This document shows, piece by piece, positions 45,704-56,550 of a DNA stretch of 64,000 nucleotides. The stretch is from NCBI GenBank assembly GCA_025449535.1, contig JANWJF010000001.1:421136-485135 (forward strand), given 5' to 3'. Within the stretch, counting starts at the first letter, position 1; every line of letters starts with the position of its first letter. The position numbers and the translations under genes are program-made. Below the pieces are notes generated by a model that was not told where the DNA came from, did not search any database, and saw only the letters and a program-made list of their open reading frames with translations. Origin of the DNA: Candidatus Saccharimonadia bacterium (GTDB lineage Bacteria > Patescibacteriota > SICC01).

Positions 45704-46999
45704 TTACTTTGTTTCACGTGAAACTTTTTTCTGCTTTTTCGTCATTTCTTCGAGATTTTTGCGAATTTCCACCTCTTTTCCACGGTTTTCTGGATTGTAG
45801 AAGCGTTTTCCGACGAGCTTGTCAGGCAGGTGCGAGTGGCTGACTTGAGCGTCAGTCTGCCCGTGAGCATATTCGTAGCCGCGGCCGTAGCCTTCCTGCT
45901 TCATCAGTTTGGTCACGGGATTCCGTAAGTGTATCGGGACCGGCAGGGCGCCCGATTGCCGCACTTCGTTCAGCGCGGAATCGATCGCTCGGTACGAGGC
46001 GTTGCTCTTGGGCGTCGAAGCCAGGTACGTCGCTGCCTGACTGAGATTAATCCGCGCCTCGGGCAGGCCGATGTACCGCACGGCGTCGAACGCGGCGACC
46101 GCTACCTGTAACGCCTGCGGATCGGCGTTTCCCACGTCTTCCGAGGCGAATATCACCATCCGGCGGGCGATAAAGACCGGATCCTCGCCGGCTTCGAGCA
46201 TCCGCGCCAAGTAATAGACGGCCGCATCCGGATCCGAGCCGCGCATGCTCTTGATGAACGCGGATATGACGTTGTAGTGTTCATCGCCCTTCTTGTCGTA
46301 ACTAAGCGCTTTCTTCGTCAGGATACGCTCGATCAGGTCCGTGGTGATGGCCCCGGAAGACGCGTTCCAGGCGGCTTCTACCGTATTCAGGAGCATCCGG
46401 GCATCGCCGTCGGCCAGCGCGACGAGCAGTTCCTTCTCCTTGGCACCGATCGTCCGTTTTCCCGCACTTTTCCCCAGTTCAGAAGTAGCTCTGTTAAGTA
46501 TCTTTTCAAGTTCCTGGGGGTCAAGGGCATGCAAACGGTACACATGTGCGCGGGACAAAAGCGGCCCCACTACTTCGAAACTCGGGTTTTCCGTCGTGGC
46601 GCCGATCAGCGTGACGGTGCCGGCCTCCACGTGCGGCAGTAGCGCGTCCTGCTGGGCCTTGTTCCAGCGGTGGATCTCGTCGATGAACAGGACGGTCTTT
46701 CTTCGTAACCGAGCGTTTTGTTCGGCAATCGTGATGACTTTCCGCAAGTCCGCGATGCCGCTGGTGACGGCGGAGAACGGCACGAACTCGGCGTCCGTCA
46801 GCGAGGCGATCAACCGCGCCAGCGTGGTCTTGCCGGTGCCGGGCGGTCCCCAAAGGATGATCGAGGGCAAAAAGTCTTTTCCCAGCAGCGTCTTCAGCGC
46901 GCCTTTGGCACCGACGAGGTGTTCCTGGCCGTAGAATTCGGAAAAGTCCGTCGGTCTCAATCGATTAGCTAGAGGTTGGGCTTGGAATTCGGAGGGCAT
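45704..46999 (-). CDS. rarA: replication-associated recombination protein A (AAA ATPase RarA/MgsA)
   Basis: GPPGTGKTTLARLIA; MgsA C-terminal domains. Confidence 0.85.
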   Translation of the reverse strand: MPSEFQAQPLANRLRPTDFSEFYGQEHLVGAKGALKTLLGKDFLPSIILWGPPGTGKTTLARLIASLTDAEFVPFSAVTSGIADLRKVITIAEQNARLRRKTVLFIDEIHRWNKAQQDALLPHVEAGTVTLIGATTENPSFEVVGPLLSRAHVYRLHALDPQELEKILNRATSELGKSAGKRTIGAKEKELLVALADGDARMLLNTVEAAWNASSGAITTDLIERILTKKALSYDKKGDEHYNVISAFIKSMRGSDPDAAVYYLARMLEAGEDPVFIARRMVIFASEDVGNADPQALQVAVAAFDAVRYIGLPEARINLSQAATYLASTPKSNASYRAIDSALNEVRQSGALPVPIHLRNPVTKLMKQEGYGRGYEYAHGQTDAQVSHSHLPDKLVGKRFYNPENRGKEVEIRKNLEEMTKKQKKVSRETK

Positions 47000-47050
47000 G
47001 GTAACTATGCAGTCTACTGCAACTGCGTTCCCTCCGCCTCGGCGATCGGC

Positions 47051-47506
47051 CTACTCGACCGTTTTTACCTTAATCGTGCGCTTCTTGGCTTTTCCGGACT
47101 TCGGGATGGTGACCGTCAGGACGCCGTGCTTGAACGCTGCCTTGGCCTTGTCCACTTCCGCACCGACCGGCAGTTCGACTATTCGCGAAAACTTGCCCCA
47201 GTAAATCTCCTGAACCACAGCATTTTTACTCTTGACGTGGTTTTCCGACCGCCGCTCCCCGGAAATCGTCACCGAGTCGTCGTCGGCCGCGATCTCCACG
47301 TCCGCCGGATCCACGCCGGCGATCGGTGAGACGATCACGATCGAATCGTCGGTCTCGTGTACATCGACGGCGATCTCGCCGCCAGCGGACTCTTCCCCCG
47401 CCTCATCCGTGCGGACCGCGAACGGCTCGGGCACCGGCGCCGCCTTCGGCTCGGGCTGGGTCGTTCCAAAGAACGGGGAAGCTGACTGATCGTCTGTTTG
47501 TGCCAT
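47051..47506 (-). CDS. Hsp20 family small heat-shock protein
   Basis: Alpha-crystallin domain; ...FKHGVLTVTIPK. Confidence 0.85.
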   Translation of the reverse strand: MAQTDDQSASPFFGTTQPEPKAAPVPEPFAVRTDEAGEESAGGEIAVDVHETDDSIVIVSPIAGVDPADVEIAADDDSVTISGERRSENHVKSKNAVVQEIYWGKFSRIVELPVGAEVDKAKAAFKHGVLTVTIPKSGKAKKRTIKVKTVE

Positions 47507-47802
47507 CTGGATTAACGCTACTAGTGTGCCTGGGGGCGGTCAAGGATTTTCGGTACCCTGCCATCGAAACGTGGCTGACAAACGATGTAAACTCGCTCTG
47601 TTGCTGCCATGGTCAGAACGTTTCGGTTGGCAGGGTGCCTCAACAGGAGAGTGTTTCATTCACGGAGATGCTTGCTAAAAGGAGGAGCGTTCCATCGCCA
47701 AGCATCCGCTTAATGTAGCTAGGTCAACAAAAGTCGAATTAAACCTGGATACGTCAGGACGTCTTGCTTGCCAAGATGCTCGCTCTAGGCAAACGGATCG
47801 CG

Positions 47803-47832
47803 TTGACAAAGTAAGCGGCCAGTCGCTAGGAT
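47803..47832 (+). promoter_or_regulatory. putative groESL promoter
   Basis: TTGACA, then TAGGAT about 18 nt downstream; immediately upstream of the CIRCE element. Confidence 0.4.
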
Positions 47833-47841
47833 GAAACTTGT

Positions 47842-47868
47842 CTGGCACTCTAAATGTATGAGTGCTAA
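47842..47868 (+). promoter_or_regulatory. CIRCE operator (HrcA-binding inverted repeat)
   Basis: cTGGCACTC-N9-GAGTGCTAA versus consensus TTAGCACTC-N9-GAGTGCTAA, about 40 nt upstream of groES. Confidence 0.7.
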
Positions 47869-47906
47869 ATCGTGAGAATTAAGCAAGAAACCGCAAGGAG
47901 GTACTG

Positions 47907-48200
47907 ATGAACATATCGCCTTTGGCTGACCGCGTGGTCATAGAGCCGATCGAAAAGGACGAAGTGTCCGCCGCGGGGATCGTCATCCCCGATACCGCCG
48001 AGAAGGACAAGCCGCAGAAGGGCAAGGTCCTGGCTGTAGGACCGGGCAAGGTCGGCGACGATGGCAAGCGCGCCGCGCTAGAAGTGAAGAAGGGCGACAC
48101 CGTCCTGTTCACGCAGTACGGACCGAGCGAGTTCAAGGTGGATGGCAAGGAAGTGCTGATCGCTTCCGAGTCGGACATCCTGGCGGTACTAAGTAAGTAA
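47907..48200 (+). CDS. groES: co-chaperonin GroES
   Basis: 97 aa; canonical Cpn10. Confidence 0.95.
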   Translation: MNISPLADRVVIEPIEKDEVSAAGIVIPDTAEKDKPQKGKVLAVGPGKVGDDGKRAALEVKKGDTVLFTQYGPSEFKVDGKEVLIASESDILAVLSK

Positions 48201-49871
<1,671 letters not shown>

Positions 49872-49886
49872 GCTTCCTCAGCCCTG

Positions 49887-49924
49887 TACAAAGAACCCCG
49901 GCGTGAGCCGGGGTTCTTTGTACG
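49887..49924. terminator. bidirectional intrinsic terminator
   Basis: Perfect 17-bp stem GTACAAAGAACCCCGGC-gtga-GCCGGGGTTCTTTGTAC, shared by convergent groEL and 49936..50691. Confidence 0.7.
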
Positions 49925-49935
49925 TCGATACGATG

Positions 49936-50691
49936 TCAGGCCGCCGCCGCTCGATTTCGGACGTGTTCCCGGGCCGATTGGACCAGGTGTTTAGCGAAAG
50001 GCGTTTCCGCTCCTTCGTCCAGCACCTGCGCGGCTTTGGCACCCCACGGGGTATCCGGCGACTGTTCCGCTTCCGCCAGGGCAAGGAGAGCGTCCGATTG
50101 GCTGCTGCGGGCCCGCTTCGCGATGGCTGCCAGACCGTCGACCGACGTGTCCTGATACCTGCCTTGCGTCAGGTTCTTGTCCAGGAGCCAGACGACTTCT
50201 TGCTGGGCGCGTTCTCGCCTGCCGAATTCGCTCTCGCTGCTCGCAAGCTCCGCGAGCATGACGGCGATCTCTTCTTCACGGCCTTGGTCCTTGCCGGTCT
50301 CGATAATATTCCGGATTGCACCAACGACACAGACGTCAGCTACTCGTTGGAGCGAACCTTGGAACGAACGTGAACACTCGAGGTCGAACGTGTCGCCGTC
50401 CCGCATCACGAACTTCACGCCCGCAAGTACTTCGTCAATGACTCGAGGATCGTGGGAACCAGGTGAGTCTGGTCCCGGGCGTCCCTTCCGGCCGGTGACT
50501 TCGCCGCTGGTCAGCTTCACGAAACCAGCGAGCCGATCCGTGGACTGCAAAGAGTCAGCAGGATTATTATTTTCAGCGGCTATCCGCCATTCGCGGACAA
50601 GCTCCAGTGCCCGTTCGGCGGGGAGCTCGGTGAACGGAACCCGTTCCGCCTGTTCAATCATCCTGTCACGTGGTGTATCGCCTGTCGGCAT
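49936..50691 (-). CDS. hypothetical protein
   Basis: 251 aa; no recognisable domain. Confidence 0.4.
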   Translation of the reverse strand: MPTGDTPRDRMIEQAERVPFTELPAERALELVREWRIAAENNNPADSLQSTDRLAGFVKLTSGEVTGRKGRPGPDSPGSHDPRVIDEVLAGVKFVMRDGDTFDLECSRSFQGSLQRVADVCVVGAIRNIIETGKDQGREEEIAVMLAELASSESEFGRRERAQQEVVWLLDKNLTQGRYQDTSVDGLAAIAKRARSSQSDALLALAEAEQSPDTPWGAKAAQVLDEGAETPFAKHLVQSAREHVRNRAAAA

Positions 50692-50826
50692 AATGTACTC
50701 CTTTGCTCAATGGTTGCAGGTTAGCGTACTAACATAGCAGAGATTAAAAGTATTTCAACAAAGATACTTTTTCTGCAGGAACGCTTTCTATCGTAATGCT
50801 CGAAGTGGTATGATTTTCCGCTACTT

Positions 50827-51258
50827 ATGGATGGTGAACCATTCGGTTTTGACGAAAAATCACCCGAAGCCGCGAAGGCCTCGGTAGAGGAGCTACGCGA
50901 AAGCCTTGCAGTGGTCGCGGAGCGATTGCCGACGGAAGAAAGCCGGCGGCTATTCGCACATGCCCTATCTGAATTCTGGCGGCATTTCGGTGTGGCCTCG
51001 GCGCATTCCGCCGTCCGGAAGGTCCTGCCGAATGCGGATATCGAGCAGTTTGAGAGAAACGCCCAGGCCGAACTACATTTTGCCAGCCAGCGCATCGGTA
51101 TCGCCAAGACTCTTATCAAGGCGTATCACAAGACCATGGATCTTGGTCCGGAAATCTCAGCGGAAGTGCTCAAGGGCACGGTGGCCGATCTTGCCAAGGA
51201 AGACTCTAACCACGCAGAATGGATTGGTGACTTCGTAGCCAGCCTGTTCGAAGATTGA
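50827..51258 (+). CDS. hypothetical protein
   Basis: 143 aa, helical; no recognisable domain. Confidence 0.4.
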   Translation: MDGEPFGFDEKSPEAAKASVEELRESLAVVAERLPTEESRRLFAHALSEFWRHFGVASAHSAVRKVLPNADIEQFERNAQAELHFASQRIGIAKTLIKAYHKTMDLGPEISAEVLKGTVADLAKEDSNHAEWIGDFVASLFED

Positions 51259-51274
51259 CCGGTATCATACAGTC

Positions 51275-51529
51275 ATGGAAAACATCCCACCCTGGTCGGA
51301 TGAGGCCAAAGCGTTCAAACCCGGCAAGTACAAGCACTTCAAGGATCGCGACGGCGATCACCTATATGCCGTCCACTTCGTGGCGCGGCACTCGGAGACC
51401 GGCGAGGAGATGGTCGTCTACCAGTCCGGTTCGCACCCGGACCGGATCTGGGTCCGGCCGTTGAGCATGTTCGTCGAAGAAGTCCGCCGCGACGGATACG
51501 AAGGCCCTCGGTTCATCAAAGTCGACTGA
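51275..51529 (+). CDS. DUF1653 domain protein
   Basis: YKHFKDRDGDHLYAVHFVARHSETGEEMVVYQS...WVRPLSMF matches the DUF1653 pattern. Confidence 0.55.
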   Translation: MENIPPWSDEAKAFKPGKYKHFKDRDGDHLYAVHFVARHSETGEEMVVYQSGSHPDRIWVRPLSMFVEEVRRDGYEGPRFIKVD

Positions 51530-51616
51530 ACCAGTCCGTCCATCCGGGGCGCAAGCAGGTTCGGTAAATACCGAGGTCACTGCTTGCGCCGGGCCGTCAC
51601 GGCTACGTGTTACTGT

Positions 51617-52012
51617 CTACGTCTGGCCTTCGTCCGGAAGTTTTGTTTTAGGCGGCGGTGTTGGCGATCTTGAAGATGGCGGAGGGTCCGAGTTCAGCAT
51701 GTGGACCGGGCACCCTCTTCTGCGAATCTCCTCTTCCAGTTCACCGAGGGAGTTCTCTTCCTCGGAGTCGTCGTTAGTCGTGTCGGTCGTGATCAGGACG
51801 TAGCTGCATCCTTTGAGCAGGACCGGATCAGGGTCGGGTTCGTACTTGACGATGGTGTGCTGCGGTGCCACCGCTCCTGCTGCCAGGAACCCAGTGACGA
51901 ACGTAATCATCACTATGCCGCTGACCCGTGCCCTGGTGTCTCGGGAGTTGATTACGACGAACACGCTGATGAGACCGAACAGAATCATCAGCAGTACAAC
52001 GAAAACAGGCAT
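51617..52012 (-). CDS. hypothetical small membrane protein
   Basis: Start at the internal MPVFVVLLMILFGL with two TM helices. Upstream ORF extension is judged non-coding. Confidence 0.3.
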   Translation of the reverse strand: MPVFVVLLMILFGLISVFVVINSRDTRARVSGIVMITFVTGFLAAGAVAPQHTIVKYEPDPDPVLLKGCSYVLITTDTTNDDSEEENSLGELEEEIRRRGCPVHMLNSDPPPSSRSPTPPPKTKLPDEGQT

Positions 52013-52181
52013 CGCTTTCCTTTCGTAGACGTGACGGGATGGACGGACTGGTTTGTAACGTGCGGTTCGTGACCCGGCCAACCAACCCAATGGGTGGTGC
52101 GGGAGCTCTGGCGGTGTTTCGAACTTCGAAACGTGGTTCCGCGCAGAGCCCCCGACTTTTCCATCACAACCACCTAATAGC

Positions 52182-52901
52182 TCATGCTGCTTGTGACTTG
52201 CGGAGCCGGACTTCCTCCAGGAACGTTGCAATCGCTTCGCCCCTGCTTGACGAGACAGTGGTTCCGTACGGGGCGTTTGCGAAGTTTTCGAGGATCCTGA
52301 TCAGGTTCGGGTCGAGGACTTCCACAAGGATGTCGAGCCAGATTCTCGCCGCTTCCGGCTCTTCCTCATAGAACTGGGTCGTGTTAGTAGCGCGGAGCCA
52401 AGCACTTGGCAAGAGCTTCCGGAACTCCGTCGCGCCGCATTCCCGTGCGAACTTCCTGAGCGCATCCTGGTCGATGTCGTCCGGACGGATCGTCCCTCCT
52501 TTGTAGCTCTCCTTGATGCACGCGAACAACGGGTCGAATTCTATGCCGAGCCGCTGGTAACCGGTCCAGGCGTACCGTTCGAGCACCTCAAGGTCGAGCC
52601 AGGCTTCCCTGGCAAGTCCCTTGACGCAGGCAAGCTCTCCGATAAGCGTGTCTGCGAATTGGCGCTCTTCGTTGGTCAGGTCTTTGATGTGACCCAGCTT
52701 GAACCGGATGACCCGGTACATCTGATGGCTGCCGAACCCCATGAGCACCATGTTGTGGAGCGTTTTCTCGACGAGGTCCGCGGTCACTATGCGCGCCGCG
52801 CTCTTGTTGTCGACACCGGTAGTGAGCTGTACGTCCCGGACTTGTCGACGGATGAACTTCTGGTGTTTCCACTTCCGATGCATGTCGGTAAAAAGCCTCA
52901 A
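52182..52901 (-). CDS. hypothetical protein
   Basis: 239 aa; no recognisable domain. Confidence 0.4.
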   Translation of the reverse strand: MRLFTDMHRKWKHQKFIRRQVRDVQLTTGVDNKSAARIVTADLVEKTLHNMVLMGFGSHQMYRVIRFKLGHIKDLTNEERQFADTLIGELACVKGLAREAWLDLEVLERYAWTGYQRLGIEFDPLFACIKESYKGGTIRPDDIDQDALRKFARECGATEFRKLLPSAWLRATNTTQFYEEEPEAARIWLDILVEVLDPNLIRILENFANAPYGTTVSSSRGEAIATFLEEVRLRKSQAA

Positions 52902-53163
52902 CGGCCTCTCCCTTCTCTCAATCGATATGCCTCATGCACATCGATACCCGTGGTTGTGACGGGTTGGTTGGCCGGGTTTTCAAAGTACGAGCCGCTAACT
53001 ATACGACTTTTTTAGCTTAACGGCAATGTTTTTAATTCAAGCCGGACTTCGCTCATCCTGCGGCTCATTGACAAAAGCACCCCCAAATGGTATGGTCATC
53101 TAATTTCCCAATCTGCCACCGCCAACCCTCACGACGGCACCTCGGGAAAGAAACCAAAAGAAA

Positions 53164-53496
53164 ATGGGATTCCAACCGGACAAGGAAGCGCTCGTAAAAC
53201 TGCTGAACGGCACGTTGGACGGTCACGCCCGGCTCGGTGACAAGAGCGTCCATTTCCTGGATGGCATCAAGCACGTCCGCGACCTGTTCGAGCAGACGTT
53301 CGCCGAGTCGGTCGAGCAGGAGGAGCTGCTGGAATTCTGCGTCAGCCTGATCTGCTCGATCCAGCCGGAGGAGCCGCGGCTGAACCGTTTCCTCTCCGAG
53401 TTGGAACAGGGCATCCTGGCCGCTGCCTACTTCCTGTACACGGCGATGCATCCGCTGGAATACAAGCCGGCGCGCTTCGGCAAGCATGCCGAGTAA
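53164..53496 (+). CDS. hypothetical protein
   Basis: 110 aa; immediately upstream of pyk. Confidence 0.4.
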   Translation: MGFQPDKEALVKLLNGTLDGHARLGDKSVHFLDGIKHVRDLFEQTFAESVEQEELLEFCVSLICSIQPEEPRLNRFLSELEQGILAAAYFLYTAMHPLEYKPARFGKHAE

Positions 53497-53499
53497 GGG

Positions 53500-54543
53500 G
53501 TGGGCATGAGGAACACGCAAATCGTCGCGACGATCGGCCCGGCGTCCGAGACGCGGGCCGTCTTGCCGAAGCTGCTCGAGGCCGGCGTGGACGTGGCCCG
53601 ATTGAACTTCTCGCACGGCGATTATGCGGAGTTCGAACGGATCGTGAAGGACATCCGGGCCTGGTCGAAGAAGCGTCGGAAAGTGACGATCCTCCAGGAC
53701 CTGCAGGGCCCGAAGCTCCGGGTCGGCGAGATCGCGCCCGGCACGCGGTACAAGGACGGCGCCGTGGTGATGGTCACTCCGGAAGCTGCGACCGGCGACG
53801 AGAAGACGATTCCGGTCACCTACGACGGACTGGCCAAGGACCTCAAGAAGGGCGATACGATCCTGCTCGCCGACGGCGCCGTGGAACTCGAGGTGCTGCA
53901 GGCCGGCAAGCGCGACCTCAAGACGAAGGTCCTGCATGGCGGCACCGTCGGCTCGCACCAAGGATTCAACGTCCCCAAGCGATCGCTCAGCGTGCCCGCC
54001 GTCACCGACAAGGACAAGGACGACCTGGCCTGGGGTCTCGCCCACGAGGTCGACTGGGTGGCGGTCTCGTTCGTCACCTCCGCGGACGACGTCCGGCGCG
54101 TGCGTCGGATGATCGAGAAGGCCGGCGTGGACAAGCACCCGCGGATCGTCGCCAAGATCGAGAAACACGAGGCGGTCGACAACCTCGAGGAGATCATCGA
54201 CGCGGCGGACGCGGTGATGGTCGCCCGCGGCGACCTCGGCGTGGAGATCGACCCGGCTGAGGTGCCGTTCGCGCAGAAGGAGATCATCCATCACGCCAAC
54301 GCCGCTGCCAAGCCGGTGATTACCGCCACCCAGATGCTGAAGTCGATGACGGACGCGCCGCGCCCGACCCGGGCCGAGGTCAGCGACGTGGCCAACGCCG
54401 TACTGGACGGCAGCGATGCGGTGATGCTCTCCGAGGAAAGCGCCGTCGGGACCTACCCGGTGGAAGCGGTCCGGACGATGGCGCACGTAATCGATGACAC
54501 GGAGCGGCTGTTCCATCGCCACCGCGAGCGGCTCGGACTGTAA
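53500..54543 (+). CDS. pyk: pyruvate kinase (short form lacking the C-terminal regulatory domain)
   Basis: IVATIGPAS...[16 protein letters not shown] motifs. Only 347 aa. Confidence 0.8.
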   Translation: MGMRNTQIVATIGPASETRAVLPKLLEAGVDVARLNFSHGDYAEFERIVKDIRAWSKKRRKVTILQDLQGPKLRVGEIAPGTRYKDGAVVMVTPEAATGDEKTIPVTYDGLAKDLKKGDTILLADGAVELEVLQAGKRDLKTKVLHGGTVGSHQGFNVPKRSLSVPAVTDKDKDDLAWGLAHEVDWVAVSFVTSADDVRRVRRMIEKAGVDKHPRIVAKIEKHEAVDNLEEIIDAADAVMVARGDLGVEIDPAEVPFAQKEIIHHANAAAKPVITATQMLKSMTDAPRPTRAEVSDVANAVLDGSDAVMLSEESAVGTYPVEAVRTMAHVIDDTERLFHRHRERLGL

Positions 54544-54701
54544 GAACCCACGAAGAATCCCCAGAAAAGCCTTTACCGTAACACCTTTTTCTGTTATCTT
54601 TCCAACATCAATTTCCCGATCACGGCAGATACGGACCTTTAAAACCAGGGCTTAACGAACACGGTTTTAGGGTCCCTCGGCTCCAGAAGGAGGAAGACGG
54701 A

Positions 54702-54851
54702 TGGACGCTTTGGTAGTCGCCGCGTCGGGATTGACCGACGCGGAGTTTCGCACGTTCGTGGTGATCGGGGCGGTTTTCCTGCTCCTGCTCATCGCGATCA
54801 GCCGGATCAACCCGCCGGACGAGCCGTCCGGAACCCACCGGCACCGCTAGG
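54702..54851 (+). CDS. hypothetical small membrane protein (49 aa)
   Basis: AAGGAGG SD 7 nt upstream; one TM helix. Below the ORF-track size cut-off. Confidence 0.3.
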
Positions 54852-55046
54852 TGGTGACGGCATGGGAATGGCATTGATCGCACTCGGATGCTTGGTCGCC
54901 GGCGTGCTCGCATCGTGCGGCATCGCCTACGTAGGCGAGCGGCTGATGGGGCGCGCGGCGACGCAACGCCGGGATGTTAGGAAGTAGGCTACTGCGGTTC
55001 CGCGAGGAATCGTAGCGGCGGTTCGAATCCGCCCTTCCCGAATCGT

Positions 55047-55119
55047 GCTGGAGTAGCTCAATTGGCAGAGCTTCGGACCTATAGTCCGAAAGATGCGGGT
55101 TCGAGTCCCGTCTCTGGCA
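55047..55119 (+). tRNA. tRNA, anticodon loop CCUAUAG (anticodon UAU, Ile2-like; identity uncertain)
   Basis: Cloverleaf folds by eye: acceptor GCTGGAG/CTCTGGC, D-arm GCTC-AATTGGCA-GAGC, anticodon stem TCGGA/TCCGA, T-arm GCGGG-TTCGAGT-CCCGT, discriminator A. Confidence 0.55.
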
Positions 55120-55406
55120 TCGATAGCATCCAACGAAAGGAGACTGCCCGAAGAAACACGGAAGGCAACGACGACACATGCGGAAACCCTCCTGTCCGTA
55201 CGTCATCCCAACCGCGACAAAGGGTGGGGACGATGGACGCGCAGGTTGGAAAAGGAAGAACGGACACGCCCCGTACGCCGCCGGCTCGCGCGGTTACGGG
55301 AGAAGATCCACCAAGAAGGAGGCTCCATACGTAGTACCGCTGCATGCAGTACGAAGTAAGAACCATCCATCCAGTATCCAGTCGAAACCAGAAAGGTTAT
55401 AGACAA

Positions 55407-56063
55407 GTGTCAACGACCACCGATGTTCCAGCGCAGCAGAAGACCACGATGACGGGTGACCGGACCGGGGTGCTCCCGGCCCGCCTACCGGTCCTTGGCG
55501 GGGACGGCATCTCCGTGCTCACGGAGATTGACGCCGAGGACGCCGCCGCCGACGGTATCGCCATGCTGATGGCGGATGCCGTTACGAACGGGATCCCCCT
55601 GTCGGACCTCGTGAGGACCGACGCCATGTTCGAGGAGGAGCCGGCCGAGGAGTGGCCGCGCAATATGGAGGAGATCCGAAGGGACCTCGAGACCCTCGGC
55701 GACTCCCCGGACCGCGACACGGTCCACCGGCACCTGACCGCTCTCCAGCAGCACCTGGAGGACGAGTTCCGGGCCAGGCTCGAAGCCATGACCGAAGAGG
55801 ACGTCATCGTCCTCGTCGAGGAACTCCCCGAGGAGCGGCTCGAGGTCATGAAACGCCTGCTCACGGGCAGGAGGAGCGCGGTCGAGCACCAGATCGACAC
55901 GTGCCGGTTCCGGCACCGGAGCAATCCGACCGTAGCCCAGCGGCTCACCGAGCCGTTCCGGGGCATCCTGCGGATGATTACGATGGTGCTCAAAGCAGTG
56001 AAACAGCGCCTCAAGGAGGTGGCACGCCTCCAGTCGAGGACGCCGGTTCCGATCGGCGCCTAG
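55407..56063 (+). CDS. hypothetical acidic protein
   Basis: GTG start after AAAGG. The longer ORF starts at 55344. Confidence 0.4.
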   Translation: MSTTTDVPAQQKTTMTGDRTGVLPARLPVLGGDGISVLTEIDAEDAAADGIAMLMADAVTNGIPLSDLVRTDAMFEEEPAEEWPRNMEEIRRDLETLGDSPDRDTVHRHLTALQQHLEDEFRARLEAMTEEDVIVLVEELPEERLEVMKRLLTGRRSAVEHQIDTCRFRHRSNPTVAQRLTEPFRGILRMITMVLKAVKQRLKEVARLQSRTPVPIGA

Positions 56064-56400
56064 CAGTACGGGCCGTCGAGGCCCAGAGCACGCGGACTTT
56101 CCCGGGAGGAGAGAGCCGTGAAACCAGTTCCCTGACGAGAACTGACCTTTGACGCGTACTGGCCGCAAAACCGTGGGAATCCCGTCCAAGCCAGCTCGTT
56201 CTTCGGAACGTTGGGCGGCCCACACCTTTGAAAGCCCCTTATTAACATCTTCGTATCGCCATTTGGCGCATACCGATCGGTGTTAATAAGGGTTCTTTCT
56301 TTGTTTGAAAAAAAATCGTAAAAGAAACGCAAAAAGTTTTTGAATTTTTTTTGAGATTTTTTCACAGCTTTTTTTGGAAAGAATCTATACTGGTAAACAC

Positions 56401-56487
56401 GGTGAGGTGGCCGAGTGGCTTAAGGCGCACGCTTGGAAAGCGTGTGGGCGGGAAACCGTCTCGTGGGTTCGAATCCCACCCTCACCG
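56401..56487 (+). tRNA. tRNA-Ser (GGA)
   Basis: Acceptor GGTGAGG/CCTCACC, long variable arm, anticodon loop TTGGAAA, T-arm GTGGG-TTCGAAT-CCCAC, discriminator G. AT-rich upstream region with TATACT. Confidence 0.85.
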
Positions 56488-56550
56488 CAGGAAGGCCCGC
56501 ATGCGAACCCGGTGGTTTTTACCGCCGGGCGGACGTACATTGTAGGGGCA

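Noticed and set aside
55010-55040. Second tRNA immediately upstream of the UAU-anticodon tRNA
   Set aside because: Only a T-arm plus 3' acceptor-like segment is recognisable; no D-arm or anticodon arm could be paired. Kept as a possible remnant in the findings rather than as a gene.
56374-56550. N-terminal 59 codons of ORF 56374..57399
   Set aside because: This stretch is simply a translation of the tRNA-Ser gene (GGTGAGGTGGCCGAGTGG...). The CDS more plausibly starts at the ATG at 56551.
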